From an uncultured delta proteobacterium (GTDB taxonomy: Bacteria; Desulfobacterota; Desulfuromonadia; Desulfuromonadales; JACZKF01), in assembly GCA_963816395.1 (NCBI GenBank), contig CAWFKQ010000007.1, forward strand, positions 32,001 through 96,000: a stretch of 64,000 bases of DNA, in the 5' to 3' direction. The translations under genes and the position numbers were made by a program. The notes beneath the pieces were generated by a model. The model was not told the origin of the DNA, searched no databases, and saw nothing but the letters and a program-made list of their open reading frames with translations. Of the stretch, positions 52,025 through 62,933 are shown piece after piece. How positions within the stretch are numbered: position 1 is the stretch's first letter; each line of letters starts with the position of its first letter.

Positions 52025-53422
52025 TTAGTCGATTTGCCCGATGGCGCGCCGCAACCGGCCGAGGGTCTGCTCCCGGCCGAGGACGGCCAGCACCTCGAAG
52101 ATGCCGGGGCTGACGGTGCCGCCGGTGATCGCCACCCGCACCGAAGGGGCGATCTTGCCGAGTTTGAGTCCGCTTTCTTCCTGCAGTTCGGCAAACGCCC
52201 GCTCGATCCCCTCCAGCGTCCACTCCGGAAGAGCTTCCAGACGGCGGGCCAGGTTCTCCAGCAGCGGCCGCTGGGCGGCCGTCAGGAACTTGGCGGCGGC
52301 TTCCGCCTCGTATTCCACTTCCGACCGGTAATAGAAAGCGGCCGATTCGGCCATCTCCACCATGGTGCGGGCGCGCTCGTGCAGGGTCTTCACCACCGCC
52401 GCCGGCTCCGGGCCGCCGGTCGTATCGATACCCAGACGGGCGAGGTATTCCACCAGCAGGCCGCCCAGGCGTGCCGGGTCGCCGTTCTTGATGTAATGCG
52501 CATTGAGCCAGAGCAGTTTGTCCGGGTTGAACACCCCGGCCGATTTGCCGACGCTTTCCAGGGTGAATTTCTCGATCAGTTCCGCCATGGAGAAGATCTC
52601 CTGGTCGCCGTAAGACCAGCCCAGGCGCACCAGGTAGTTCACCAGCGCCTCCGGCAGGTAGCCGAGATCGCGGTAAGCCATCACCGACGTGGCGCCGTGC
52701 CGCTTGGACAGGCGGGTCTTGTCGGCGCCGAGGATCATCGGCACGTGGGCGAACTCGGGGACGGGATACCCCAGGGCCTGGTACATGAGGATCTGCCGGG
52801 GGGTGTTGTTGATGTGGTCGTCGCCGCGGATGACCAGGTTGACGTTCATGGTGGCATCATCGACCACCACCACGAAATTGTAGGTGGGCGTGCCGTCGGA
52901 GCGCTGGATGATGACGTCGTCCAGTTCGTCGTTCTGGAAGCTGATCGTCCCTTTGATCCGGTCGTGAAAAACGGTCGCCCCTTCCTCGGGGGCGCGGAAA
53001 CGCACCACCCAGGGGAGCCCCTCGGGGCTGTCGGTGCGCCGCCGGCAGGTGCCGTCGTATTTCGGCTTGCGGCCGTTCTTCAGTGCCTCTTCCCGCCGCG
53101 CTTCCAGTTCCTCCGGCGTGCAGTAGCAGCGATAGGCCTTCCCCTCCGCCAGCAGCTGCTCGACCTTCTCCCGGTAGAGGCCGAAGCGCTCCGACTGGTA
53201 ATAGGGGCCTTCGTCATAGGAGAGGCCGAGCCAGTCCATCGCCTGCAGGATGGCATCGACCGATTCCTGGGTGGAGCGGGCGACGTCGGTATCCTCGATG
53301 CGCAGAATGAAGGTCCCCTGCTCCTTGCGCGCCAGCAGGTAATTGAACAGGGCGGTGCGGGCGCCGCCGATATGAAGATAGCCGGTGGGACTGGGGGCGA
53401 AACGGACACGCAGATCGGACAT
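52025..53422 (-). CDS. gltX: Glutamate--tRNA ligase
   Basis: [14 protein letters not shown] (HIGH), RIEDTD, LSKRHG (KMSKS-like). Confidence 0.98.
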   Translation of the reverse strand: MSDLRVRFAPSPTGYLHIGGARTALFNYLLARKEQGTFILRIEDTDVARSTQESVDAILQAMDWLGLSYDEGPYYQSERFGLYREKVEQLLAEGKAYRCYCTPEELEARREEALKNGRKPKYDGTCRRRTDSPEGLPWVVRFRAPEEGATVFHDRIKGTISFQNDELDDVIIQRSDGTPTYNFVVVVDDATMNVNLVIRGDDHINNTPRQILMYQALGYPVPEFAHVPMILGADKTRLSKRHGATSVMAYRDLGYLPEALVNYLVRLGWSYGDQEIFSMAELIEKFTLESVGKSAGVFNPDKLLWLNAHYIKNGDPARLGGLLVEYLARLGIDTTGGPEPAAVVKTLHERARTMVEMAESAAFYYRSEVEYEAEAAAKFLTAAQRPLLENLARRLEALPEWTLEGIERAFAELQEESGLKLGKIAPSVRVAITGGTVSPGIFEVLAVLGREQTLGRLRRAIGQID

Positions 53423-53551
53423 GGAAAAACTCCGGGACGAGTGACGCGGGAACGCGTGACGCGGTTACCGCAGGGAAAAAGAAGAGGGCCGCAATCCTTC
53501 ACGGCCCGTCCTCTTATAGCCCAAAAGGTGGCGGGATGACAAGTTTTTTAA

Positions 53552-53625
<74 letters not shown>

Positions 53626-53703
53626 CTTTCGGCCCTTGAACCTTAAAGATCTTAGAACCTTGCCACCTAGCCTCTACGCCACTCACGTCCCTCCAGCCCC
53701 GCG

Positions 53704-54506
53704 TCACCAGACAATCACCCCCGCATAGCCGACGACCTGCGACTGGTCGCCGGTGACATCGCCGGAATTGCCGTAGTGCACCAGTTCGGCCCGGCTCGCC
53801 CCCAGGTGGCGGGCGGCGGCCAGCATGACCACCGTCGGCACCACCCCGCACATGCTGATCCGCTCGCCGCGCACGGTGTGGTAAAGGCCTTGCGGATCAA
53901 GGGCGAGAAGGGGCTCGAGGGCCTGGCGATCTTTCTCACGGGCGACTGTCCCCGGTTCATAGTGGGTCATGTCGCTGCTGGCGACCATCAGCACCTTCTC
54001 TGGGCAAGCGGCCAGCGCCCGCCCGAGCCCTTCCCCGAGGGCCAGCAGATCGTCAATCTGGCCGAAGCTCAGGCAGATGGGGACAATCGCCGCCTGCGGC
54101 TGCCGCACCTGAATGAACGGCAGCTGCACTTCCAGTGAATGCTCAAGGCGATGAGCGGCAGCGTCCGGGACCATGCCGGGGCATTCCCTGAGAATCGCTG
54201 CCGTCAGCTCCCTGTCGATGGCGATTTCGCCCAGCGGCGTCAGCCAGCTTCCTTCAGGGTAGACAGCGGCGGGCTGACCGAGACCGTGATGGTTCGGACC
54301 GAGGATGACGACCCGCTTCGGCACCCCGACACGGGCGAAGGTCTGGCCGGCAATGGCGCCGGAGTAGAGATAGCCGGCATGGGGGACGACGATACCGACA
54401 GCCTCTCTCTCCTCCTCGGCGGGAGGCATCAGCTGTTTCATCATTTTCCGCAAGGAGTGGGCTCTTCGGGATAAAATTGTCCGGCTACAGCGGGGGATCG
54501 TTGCAT
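53704..54506 (-). CDS. amrB: AmmeMemoRadiSam system protein B (MEMO1 family); frameshift near 54460
   Basis: MQRSPAVAGQFYP, PHAGYLYSG, GPNH, EHSLEVQLPF, SSDMTHY, SMCG. Confidence 0.9.
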
Positions 54507-54545
54507 CTGCGCCTCGCAGGAGCGCCAGCAAGGGCCGGCACCGGC

Positions 54546-54729
54546 TAGTTTCTGTCCGGAAACGGCCCTTTTCCGCAATCTCTGCGTCAATCTGCGGCCT
54601 TGCTTGTGCGGCGTACCGATGTACGCCTCCGCGCAATGCCTTGATTTCCTTGACCTTGCGAAAAATTGCTCGTTTCCGAATCAGAAACCCGCCGCGTCCA
54701 TCCGGAGTTTCCGGATGGACACCGGCTAG
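54546..54729. mobile_element. MITE-like element with inverted ends, flanked by a CACCGGCTAG direct repeat
   Basis: gtttctgtccggaaac ... gtttccggatggacac; caccggctag at 54539-54548 and 54720-54729; internal cggcgtac-cgat-gtacgcctc hairpin. Confidence 0.65.
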
Positions 54730-55551
54730 AAAAGAAGGAACTGAGAAATATCTTCAGCCCAATTGTCGATCTGGACCAGAGAAAAAACTCTGAGAAGTTT
54801 ATCACGGTTCAGGCGACCGGCCACCTTCACCCCAATCTGGGCGAAAAGGATGGTCAAGGGCGCAACCAGCGCGACCACCAGCAGGTTGACATAGCCCAGG
54901 GAAAATGGCGGCAGTTGTGGGATTCCCCAGCCGTGAAAAGCATAGGAAATCATTCCCGACAGGGAGGATACGACGATCAGGGCACTGGCGTTGCCGACCG
55001 CCAGATGAATCGGCAGCTGCAGACCGATAATCAGGAGCGGCACTGTCACTACGCCGCCGCCGATACCGAAGAAGGAGGAAAAGCTGCCCCCCGTAATGCC
55101 GACCAGGATCAACTGCCAGCGGGGAACTCCCGCTTCCCGCTCCGGCGGCAGGCGACGGTGCTGCAGCAACAGCATTAACCCAACCAGAATCAGCATCAGG
55201 CCGAAAAGGCCCTTGAGCTTTTCCCCAGGAAGGGCCGCGGCCAGAGACGCGCCGAGAGTAGCCCCGCAGATTCCGCCGAGCGCCATCCAATAGACCTGAC
55301 GCCACTGCACGTTCCCCCGCCGACGATGGCCGAGAGAACTGCTGATCGCCGTCGGGAGGATAATTCCGAGACTGGTTCCAAGGGCGACGTGGACGATGAC
55401 TTCAGGAGCAAATCCGGCAAGTGGAAAAACGGCGAGAAAAGCGGGGATGAGGATAATGCCGCCGCCGATCCCCAGCAGACCCGCCAGAAAACCGGCCAGG
55501 GAACCCATGGCGACGAACAGAAGCAGGATGTGCGGGGGAGAAAAGATGCAT
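54726..55551 (-). CDS. TauE/SafE family sulfite exporter; frameshift near the start
   Basis: Two GIGGG repeats, ALGTSL and AVGNAS, about 8 TM helices. Confidence 0.85.
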
Positions 55552-55562
55552 GCTTCGCCGGG

Positions 55563-57496
55563 ATCGGGTAGGAGGCGGGGTCACCCCCGCCGTCCTCCCA
55601 CACCACCGTGCGTACGGTTCCGTACACGGCGGTTCATGAAGTGTGTTGAAGTCGGTGGTACTGGTCCATGAGAGACACCAGTCCCAGTTTATCGAAGTAG
55701 GACTTCGGAAAGGCTTTGTGCATATGCGCGGCCCCTGCGTTCCACCAGGGGCCGCGGCCGTTTGTGGCCGATTTCCATGCAGTCGCCTCCGATAACCCCC
55801 GCCGCATCAGGTTCCTGGCTCGCGTATAGGGACGCTTCCACTGCTTCCAAAGAATCCGCCGCAGTTTCCGCCTCAGCCAGCCATCCAGTTCATCGAAGAT
55901 GCCTTTTACTTCCGCATACCGGAAGTAGTTCAGCCAGCCCCGCAGTTTCAGGGTGGTCTCTTCGATGGTGGTTTGGAGGCGCTTCCCCCTGCCCCGTCGA
56001 AAGATCGTCTTGAGAGTGGCCTTGTGCCTGGCAACCGCTTTCTTGGCCACGGTCAGCCGTGGTTGGCGGTGCCAGGTCATGCTGTAGCTCAGAAACGCTC
56101 TTTTCCACGGACGATCGACCGCGCTTTTGACTTGGTTGACCGTGAGTTTGAGCCGCTCGGACAGGTAACTGGTGAGGGAGGCCATGACCCGCTCGCCGCT
56201 CGTGCGCGTGGCAACGTAGATGTTGCAATCGTCGGCGTAACGGCAGAACGTGTGACCCCTTCCCTCCAGTTCCTTGTCCAGTTCGTCAAGCAGGATGTTG
56301 GACAGCAGCGGGGAGAGCGGTCCACCTTGCGGCGTACCTTCCACCCGTGCCGTGATCAATCCTCCTTCGAGTATCCCAGCCTTGAGGTAGCTGTCGATCA
56401 GAGACAGCACCAGGCGGTCTGCGACCTTGCGTTTCACCAGCGACATGAGGGTGTCGTGGTGGACGCGGTCGAAGAATTTCTCCAGGTCGATATCGACCAC
56501 CCATCTCAGGCCGCTTTCTACATGCTTGCGAGCTGCCTTGATGGCTTGATGGGCGCTTCTGCCGGGGCGAAACCCGTAGGAGCTTTCCGAAAATCCGGGA
56601 TCGAACAGCGGGTTTAAAACCTGGTGCACCGCCTGCTGGATGAGCCGGTCAAGGACGCTGGGGATTCCCAGCATCCGTGCTCCGCCTCCCGGTTTGGGGA
56701 TTTCTACTTTCCGCACCGGTTGCGGGTGATATCTCCCCGCCAGCAGTTCTTCCCTGATGCGCGGCCACTCGTTCTGCAGGTAACCCTTCAGGGCCGTTAC
56801 CGGCATGCCATCTGTGCCGGGCGCTCCCTTGTTGCGCATGACCCGCGAGTAGGCCGCCATCATGTTGCCGCGACTGACGACCTTCTCCATCAGTCCCGTT
56901 GCCGCTTCCGGCCAGCAAGTGGCTCTCCTTCCCGTGACGTTTGCCGCACCACTGCCGTGCCCTCGCGGTTTCTGACCGCTACCCTCCGGCGTGGCGCCGG
57001 GCCTCTCAACCCGGCCTTCTGCTGCTCCTGTCGTCATCGAAATTCGAGGCTCCTGGCCGCTTCCTTCATGTTCGGCCCTTTGCCGGATGGTTAAACCGAC
57101 TCGTATGGCCTCTGCTGACTTCTGCCGACCCATCCCAACGCCTCTCGACGCCAGTAGCACGAGGCAGGCCGACAGACCTCCCAGGGTAATGCGCGTGACC
57201 TTCCTCCCATATACCCGCCGCATCTACAGCCCCATCCTCCCGGATGGCTATAGGGCTTTGAAGATACATGCCTTCTCGCCCGGATGAGACTGCCTCATAT
57301 GCGGTTTCTGTTCGTCGGGCCGGGAGTTTGCCTGCGGCTTCCTTCAGATTCCACCTCGCGGTGGACACCCTTGCCGTCCGGCTAGTGGTTCCCGCCATCA
57401 GGGTCCACAGGGGACTTGCACCCCCAAGTCATCCGGCCGCCACCACAACGGCCAAAACAGCGCCAGTCAAGGCGCTACGCGCCATGCCTGGCGCAC
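55563..57496 (-). mobile_element. Group II intron, class C (IIC)
   Basis: 5' GTGCGCC at 57496; DV gaaccgccgtgtacggaaccgtacgcacggtggtgt; DVI ending cccgat at 55563; inserted just after a terminator stem-loop. Confidence 0.92.
55634..57037 (-). CDS. ltrA: Group II intron reverse transcriptase/maturase without endonuclease domain
   Basis: IPKPGG.RMLGIP, GFRPGRS, GTPQGGPLSP, RYADD, LRGWLNYF; start approximate. Confidence 0.95.
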   Translation of the reverse strand: MTTGAAEGRVERPGATPEGSGQKPRGHGSGAANVTGRRATCWPEAATGLMEKVVSRGNMMAAYSRVMRNKGAPGTDGMPVTALKGYLQNEWPRIREELLAGRYHPQPVRKVEIPKPGGGARMLGIPSVLDRLIQQAVHQVLNPLFDPGFSESSYGFRPGRSAHQAIKAARKHVESGLRWVVDIDLEKFFDRVHHDTLMSLVKRKVADRLVLSLIDSYLKAGILEGGLITARVEGTPQGGPLSPLLSNILLDELDKELEGRGHTFCRYADDCNIYVATRTSGERVMASLTSYLSERLKLTVNQVKSAVDRPWKRAFLSYSMTWHRQPRLTVAKKAVARHKATLKTIFRRGRGKRLQTTIEETTLKLRGWLNYFRYAEVKGIFDELDGWLRRKLRRILWKQWKRPYTRARNLMRRGLSEATAWKSATNGRGPWWNAGAAHMHKAFPKSYFDKLGLVSLMDQYHRLQHTS

Positions 57497-57499
57497 ATG

Positions 57500-57529
57500 A
57501 AAAAAAGCCAGCCGCGCGGGCTGGCTTTT
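57500..57529 (-). terminator. Rho-independent terminator of tRNA-Cys, the intron target
   Basis: Minus strand aaaagccagccc-gcg-cggctggc-ttttttt. Confidence 0.8.
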
Positions 57530-57537
57530 CAGATGAT

Positions 57538-57611
<74 letters not shown>

Positions 57612-57733
57612 GCGGCGGCCGCGAAGCAGGCCGACAAAGCCCGGTATTGATAGCAAATTGCCTGCAGCGTGTCAAGGGAAAAGCTGGGCTGAATCCATGG
57701 CTGCGGAGAGCCCTGGCAACCCGGGCGCGGCGA

Positions 57734-58228
57734 TTATTTTTCGCCCAGCAGTTTTCTTTTGCGCTCGTTTAATATGGCCGCATGGCGGGTTTCCTCCCCC
57801 GCCAGCCAGGCGAAGGCCTCCCGCCCATCGTCAGTGCGGGCATGCCGGGCCGCCTGATGAAAAAACTCGGCGAATTTCTCCTCAGCCTCAATCGCCAGAT
57901 CGAGGGAGCGCAGGTCGGCATCCGCCGAGTGCAGGACCTCCTCCAGCCGCTCGGCCGACGGAAAGATCTCGCTCTCGGAAAAGCGGCGCAGATAAGGAAG
58001 AAAAAATTCCTCGTTCTCCCAGAAGGCCCCCTCCTGATAACGGGGCACCAGTTCCTCGAGAGTCCGCAGATGACCCACCTCATCCTGTGCCAGCCAGGCA
58101 AAGACTTCCTTGATGGTTTCGTTCCCTGCCCGCTCCGCCACCGCGGTATAGAACCGGTGCCCTTTCTTTTCTACTTCCATAGCCGCCCGAATCACTTCGA
58201 AGCCGCTGAACTCCTCAATTCCTGTCAT
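57734..58228 (-). CDS. Ferritin-like / rubrerythrin family protein
   Basis: Duplicated A..E....FY...LA.EE..H diiron motifs. Confidence 0.85.
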   Translation of the reverse strand: MTGIEEFSGFEVIRAAMEVEKKGHRFYTAVAERAGNETIKEVFAWLAQDEVGHLRTLEELVPRYQEGAFWENEEFFLPYLRRFSESEIFPSAERLEEVLHSADADLRSLDLAIEAEEKFAEFFHQAARHARTDDGREAFAWLAGEETRHAAILNERKRKLLGEK

Positions 58229-58283
58229 CTCGCCATCTCCCGCTGAAATTTGCGCCACCTGTAACACGAAGAAAAGAACCTTG

Positions 58284-60648
58284 TCAACGCTTGAACAGCC
58301 CTCGCACGGCATCCTCAAGGCCGGAGCCGCGGCGGCTGCTTCCCCGTCCCGCCGCTGCCCGAAGGCAGGTGCTTCTCCAGCTCCTTCTGCAGTTTCCCGC
58401 GGATTTCCTCTCCCGCCTTCTCTTGTATTTTTTTTCCGAGAGCCGCCGTATCCAGGTAAAAACGGGGAGCATTGACCGTCCCGCCCACCTTGACCGGGAT
58501 CTGCGTCCATCCCTGCTGACTGCTCAGCAGCTGGGTGATCTGGCTGCTGCCGATCCGTTTGGCAAGTGCGGGCGAAACCTGCAGGTTCAGGGCCAGGTCG
58601 AGACCTCCGTTCAGGCCGACGGTCCCTTGCGGCTGCAGCCGGACATCCTTTCCGTTTACATCGCTTTTGACCAGGACCTTCCCCTGCCGGACGCTGAAAT
58701 TTCCCGTCGCTTTGCTGAAGCGCAGCACCCGCAGTTCCTCCAGGTTGAGAAACTCCGCCAGCCCCTGTACCAGTCCGGCACCGGTCAGTTGACCATCGGT
58801 GAGCAGCACGTCCCCCTGGCCGGAAAGATTTTTCTCCAGCATCGCCTTTTCGATCCCCTCCCCTTCCAGCGCCGCCTGAAGGTTCATGGTGCCGAAAACA
58901 GTGCCGGCAGCCTGCGGGAAGAAAGCCTTCACCAGGGGGTCGGCCTGGATGCCCTGCAGGTTCAGGCGGGACGTATAGGCGGGCACTTTCCGGCCGAGAT
59001 CGACGCTGCCGTTGGCGGTAAAAGTTCCCTGCGCCACCTTGCCGTTGAGCTGCTGCACGGTAAAGACATTGTTTTCCAGCCGGTAGCGCAGATCGAAATC
59101 GTCGATGGCCAATCCCTTGTAGACGGTCTGGCCGGATCATCACGCTCCCGTCCGCCTTGACCGGCAAAGCAAGCGGGCCGGCTGCTCTGGCCGCCCGGAC
59201 GTGGCGGCGCCGGACCTGGTGCCGCCGGCGCTGCCGCCCCTTGCAGCAGGGGATCAAGGGCAAAACGGTCAGCCCGTACCGCCGTGTGCAGGTCGATCAC
59301 CTTGCCCGTCAGGTGCTCGGCGCGCAGGTCGATATCCGCCCGATTCTCTCCCAACTGCAGTTGCAGACCCTTCGACTGCAGGGAATCGCCGGCCATCTGC
59401 AGAGCACCGGTGAGGGTCAGCCGCGTTGCACCGAGCAGGGCCTGAACCGGAGAGAAGCGCAACTCTCCCTGCTGCAGCAGCTTCTGCGGCTGGGCAACAG
59501 CGCCCGCCAGATGGAACTCTCCGCTGAGCTTCCCCGCCGGCCGCATCTCCGCCAGCGATTCCGTCAAAGCGGCCGGCAACTGATCCACGGCCTTTCCCAG
59601 GTCGAGTTCCGGCAGGGTCAGCTGCAGGTCCACTCGAGGTGCCTGCGCGTAATTTTCGACCCTTCCGGCCAACTGCACGGGGATTTTGTTGAAAGCCAGC
59701 GTCGCCTGCTGCAGATCGAGAGTGCCTGCGGTCTGATCGACGGCAACGGCATAGTTGAGGGAAAGGGCGGCACCGCGAATGGCGAGCGGCGGCTGCCCTT
59801 TCCGGGGCAGATCCATGTCGACCGGGTCGAGAGTGACTTCCCCCTTTGAATGGAGCGCTTCACGGCCGCCTTCGGCGTTCAGGTTGAGGCTGAGCTTGAG
59901 GGCGTTCCACCTGGCCCGGGACTCTGTCCTTGAAATAGGGGGTAAAAGCTGCCAGGTCCAGTCGGGTGACGGCCAGACTGATCTTTCCCTGCTGCGTCTG
60001 CGGATTCAACTCCCCTTCCGCCGACAGCGTCCCCTCGTTCATCCGGGCCCCGAACTGGAAAGGGAAAGCACGCTGCAGAGAAATATCCCGGGCGGTGAGG
60101 CTCAGGTCGGCTAACTGATAGCGGTAGGGGGCCTGCGTCCCCAGGCGGTAGTCGAGGAAAAGTACCTCGCCACCGGTGATGGCGACCTGCGACACCAGCA
60201 GATCGATCGGTGAACCTGCCGATTTTTGCTCCGGCGGCACGGCCGTACCCGCCTTCTCCGACTGCAGCAGGTCGCTGAAATTGAAACTGCCGTCCGCCAA
60301 TCGCTCTACCCGGATATGCGGGGCGATCAGGCGCACCTCATCGATCACCACCCGCTTGAAAAACAGGGGCCAGATCTTATATCGCAGGACGACCCTGTCG
60401 GCGGTGACAAACGGTTCGGCTCCCTCTTTTCCCCCGACCACCAACTGGTCGAGAGTGACGCCGGAGAGAATACTGACGCTCACTTTTCCGAGGGAGATCG
60501 GCCGGTGCAGAACCTCTTCAGCCTTCGGCAGAACAACCGATTTGACCCGCTCGGGAGTGACCAGCACTTGCGCCAAGACAATCAGCACGATCACCAGAGC
60601 CGCCAGGACGCCAAATACGATTCCAAGGATTTTCAAGAATTTTTTCAT
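58284..60648 (-). CDS. AsmA family protein; several frameshifts
   Basis: N-terminal TM, DGSFNFSDLL, AsmA C-terminal GTV.APRF.LD. Confidence 0.8.
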
Positions 60649-60711
60649 GCCTCTCCCCTACTGTTCAGGTCTGGTCTGCATACTCACTGGAAAATCATTT
60701 TTTAATTTGGA

Positions 60712-60727
60712 TTTGACTTTCGTCAAA
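60712..60727. promoter_or_regulatory. Crp/Fnr-type (HcpR-like) operator upstream of hcp
   Basis: TTTGAC-TTTC-GTCAAA palindrome. Confidence 0.75.
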
Positions 60728-60877
60728 GTTATTTTCGACCATTCCGGTTATTCTCGGCCCTGCGAATGTCAAATTATATCGCAGTTTCTGGAAAACCATG
60801 CCGTTTTCCGCGGCAACAAAGACGCTACCGTTCAATTCGGTCCGGAGCGGCACTCATCAACCCCAAGGAGGAAAAAC

Positions 60878-62507
60878 ATGTTCTGCTACCAATGTGAACA
60901 AGCGGCCCAGGGAACGGGCTGTACCAAGATCGGCGTCTGCGGCAAGCAACCGGATGTCGCCGCCTTGCAGGATCTGCTCATCTATGCCCTGAAAGGGATC
61001 GGCTTCTGGGCGGACAAGGCCCGCAGCCAGGGGAAAAAAGATTCTGCCATCGATCGTTTCATGCTCGATGGCCTGTTCACCACCGTTACCAACGTCGATT
61101 TCGATGCAGAAGATGTCGCCAGAGTCATCCGCCAGGCCGCCGAAATCAAGGACAAAGCCAAAGCCCTGGCCGGCCATGCCGGGGTTCCGGTTCCCGCCGC
61201 CGCCGACTGGCGCCCAGCCGCCGACCTCGCCGGCCTGGCGCAGCAGGGTGAAGAGCACGGCGTTAATAGCGAAGCGATCGACCCCGACATCAAATCGGTG
61301 CAGGAAATCCTCATCTACGGGCTTAAGGGGTATGCCGCCTACGCGCACCATGCCCTGACCCTCGGGGCGGAAAATGACGAGATCTACGCCTTTACCCACA
61401 AGGCGCTGGCCGCGACCCTCGACCGTTCCCTGGGTCTGATGGATTTCGTCACCCTGGCCATGGAATGCGGTAAGATCAACCTGGTCACCATGGAACTGCT
61501 CAGCAAGGCACACACCGACCGCTACGGCCACCCGGTACCGACTCCGGTCAATCTGGGGACGAAAGCCGGCAAGGCGATCCTGGTTTCCGGCCACGACCTG
61601 CGCATGCTCGAAGAGCTGCTGAAGCAGACCGAAGGCAAGGGAATCAACATCTATACCCATGGCGAAATGATTCCCGCCCACGGCTATCCCGGCCTGAAGA
61701 AATACGCCCACCTGGCCGGCAATTTCGGCGGTGCCTGGCAGGACCAGGCGAAAGAGTTCGCCGACTTCCCCGGTGCCATCATCTTCAATACCAACTGCAT
61801 CCAGCGCCCGGCCGACAGCTACAAGGACCGCCTCTTCACCTGGGGGCTGGTACAATGGCCGGCGGTCAAGCATATCAACGGCTGGGATTTCTCCGCAGTA
61901 ATCGACAAGGCCCTGGAACAGCCCGGGTTCACTGAGAATCCTGGGAAAGAGATCCTGGTCGGCTTCGGCCACAACGCCGTCCTCGGCGTCGCCGACAAAG
62001 TCATAGCAGGGAGTCAAGGCCGGTGCCATCCGCCACTTTTTCCTCGTCGGCGGCTGCGACGGTGCCAAGAGCGGGCGCAACTACTACACCGAGTTTGCCG
62101 AAAAGGCGCCGAAGGATACCGTCATCCTCACTCTGGCCTGTGGCAAGTACCGCTTCAACAAGCTCGACTTCGGCGACATCGGCGGCATTCCGCGCCTGCT
62201 CGACGTCGGCCAGTGCAATGACGCCTACAGCGCCGTTCAGATCGCTTTGGCCCTCGCCGGCGCCTTCAACTGCGGGGTAAACGACCTGCCGCTGTCCCTG
62301 ATCCTCTCCTGGTATGAGCAGAAAGCGGTGGCGATCCTTCTCACCCTGCTCCACCTGGGCATCAAGAACATCAAGATCGGCCCCAGCCTGCCGGCCTTCA
62401 TTACGCCGAACGTGCTGAATTTCCTGGTTGAAAATTTCAACATCCAACCGATCGGCACGGCCGAAGAGGACCTCAAGCAGATTCTCGGACAAGACACCGC
62501 CGCTTAA
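60878..62507 (+). CDS. hcp: Hybrid cluster protein (hydroxylamine reductase); frameshift near 62010
   Basis: MFCYQCEQ...[45 protein letters not shown]. Confidence 0.95.
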
Positions 62508-62525
62508 AGCGGATGACCTAGAAAG

Positions 62526-62564
62526 AAGAAAAGCGCGGGGAAATTTCCCTGCGCTTTTCTTTTT
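62526..62564 (+). terminator. Rho-independent terminator after hcp
   Basis: agaaaagcgcgggga...tccctgcgcttttct plus T run. Confidence 0.75.
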
Positions 62565-62655
62565 AGGGCCAGAGGGCGCCGGGAGAATTTGCTCCTTGCA
62601 TTTCCTGGCTTTTTATATATATTCCTTTTTGAATTTATCTTGCGGGGAGGAACTC

Positions 62656-62838
62656 ATGCCGATTTTTGAATTCTCATGCCGCGAATGCGGCGAAAAATTC
62701 GAACGCATCCAGAACACCCCTGCCGAAGAAGTGGAATGCCCGCGCTGCGGCCGACCGGCCAGGCGCGCGGTATCGATCTTTTCCGGCAGTTCTGCGGGCG
62801 GAGCCTGCGCCGCGCCATCCGGATCGCGATTCGGCTGA
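62656..62838 (+). CDS. FmdB-family zinc ribbon protein
   Basis: MPIFEFSCRECG...CPRCG. Confidence 0.85.
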   Translation: MPIFEFSCRECGEKFERIQNTPAEEVECPRCGRPARRAVSIFSGSSAGGACAAPSGSRFG

Positions 62839-62877
62839 GGTTGATCCCGGGGCGCGGTCGGCGCTCCACAATAAGGG

Positions 62878-62914
62878 AAAAGGGGGAGAGGCCGCAGTGG
62901 CATCTCCCCCTTTT
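62878..62914. terminator. Bidirectional terminator
   Basis: aaaagggggaga...tctccccctttt between convergent genes. Confidence 0.7.
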
Positions 62915-62933
62915 GCTTCTTCCTGAGAAGAGG

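Noticed and set aside
55634..57037. Reverse transcriptase as a retron, DGR or defence RT
   Set aside because: Group II intron boundaries, DV/DVI and maturase domain explain it fully
57734..59263. 509 aa ORF joining an unknown N-terminus to a ferritin-like domain
   Set aside because: The N-terminal part is an off-frame read of asmA; the real gene starts at 58228 with its own RBS
60176..60877. Long N-terminal extension on hcp
   Set aside because: Antisense to asmA; the canonical MFCYQCEQ start with AGGAGG RBS is at 60878
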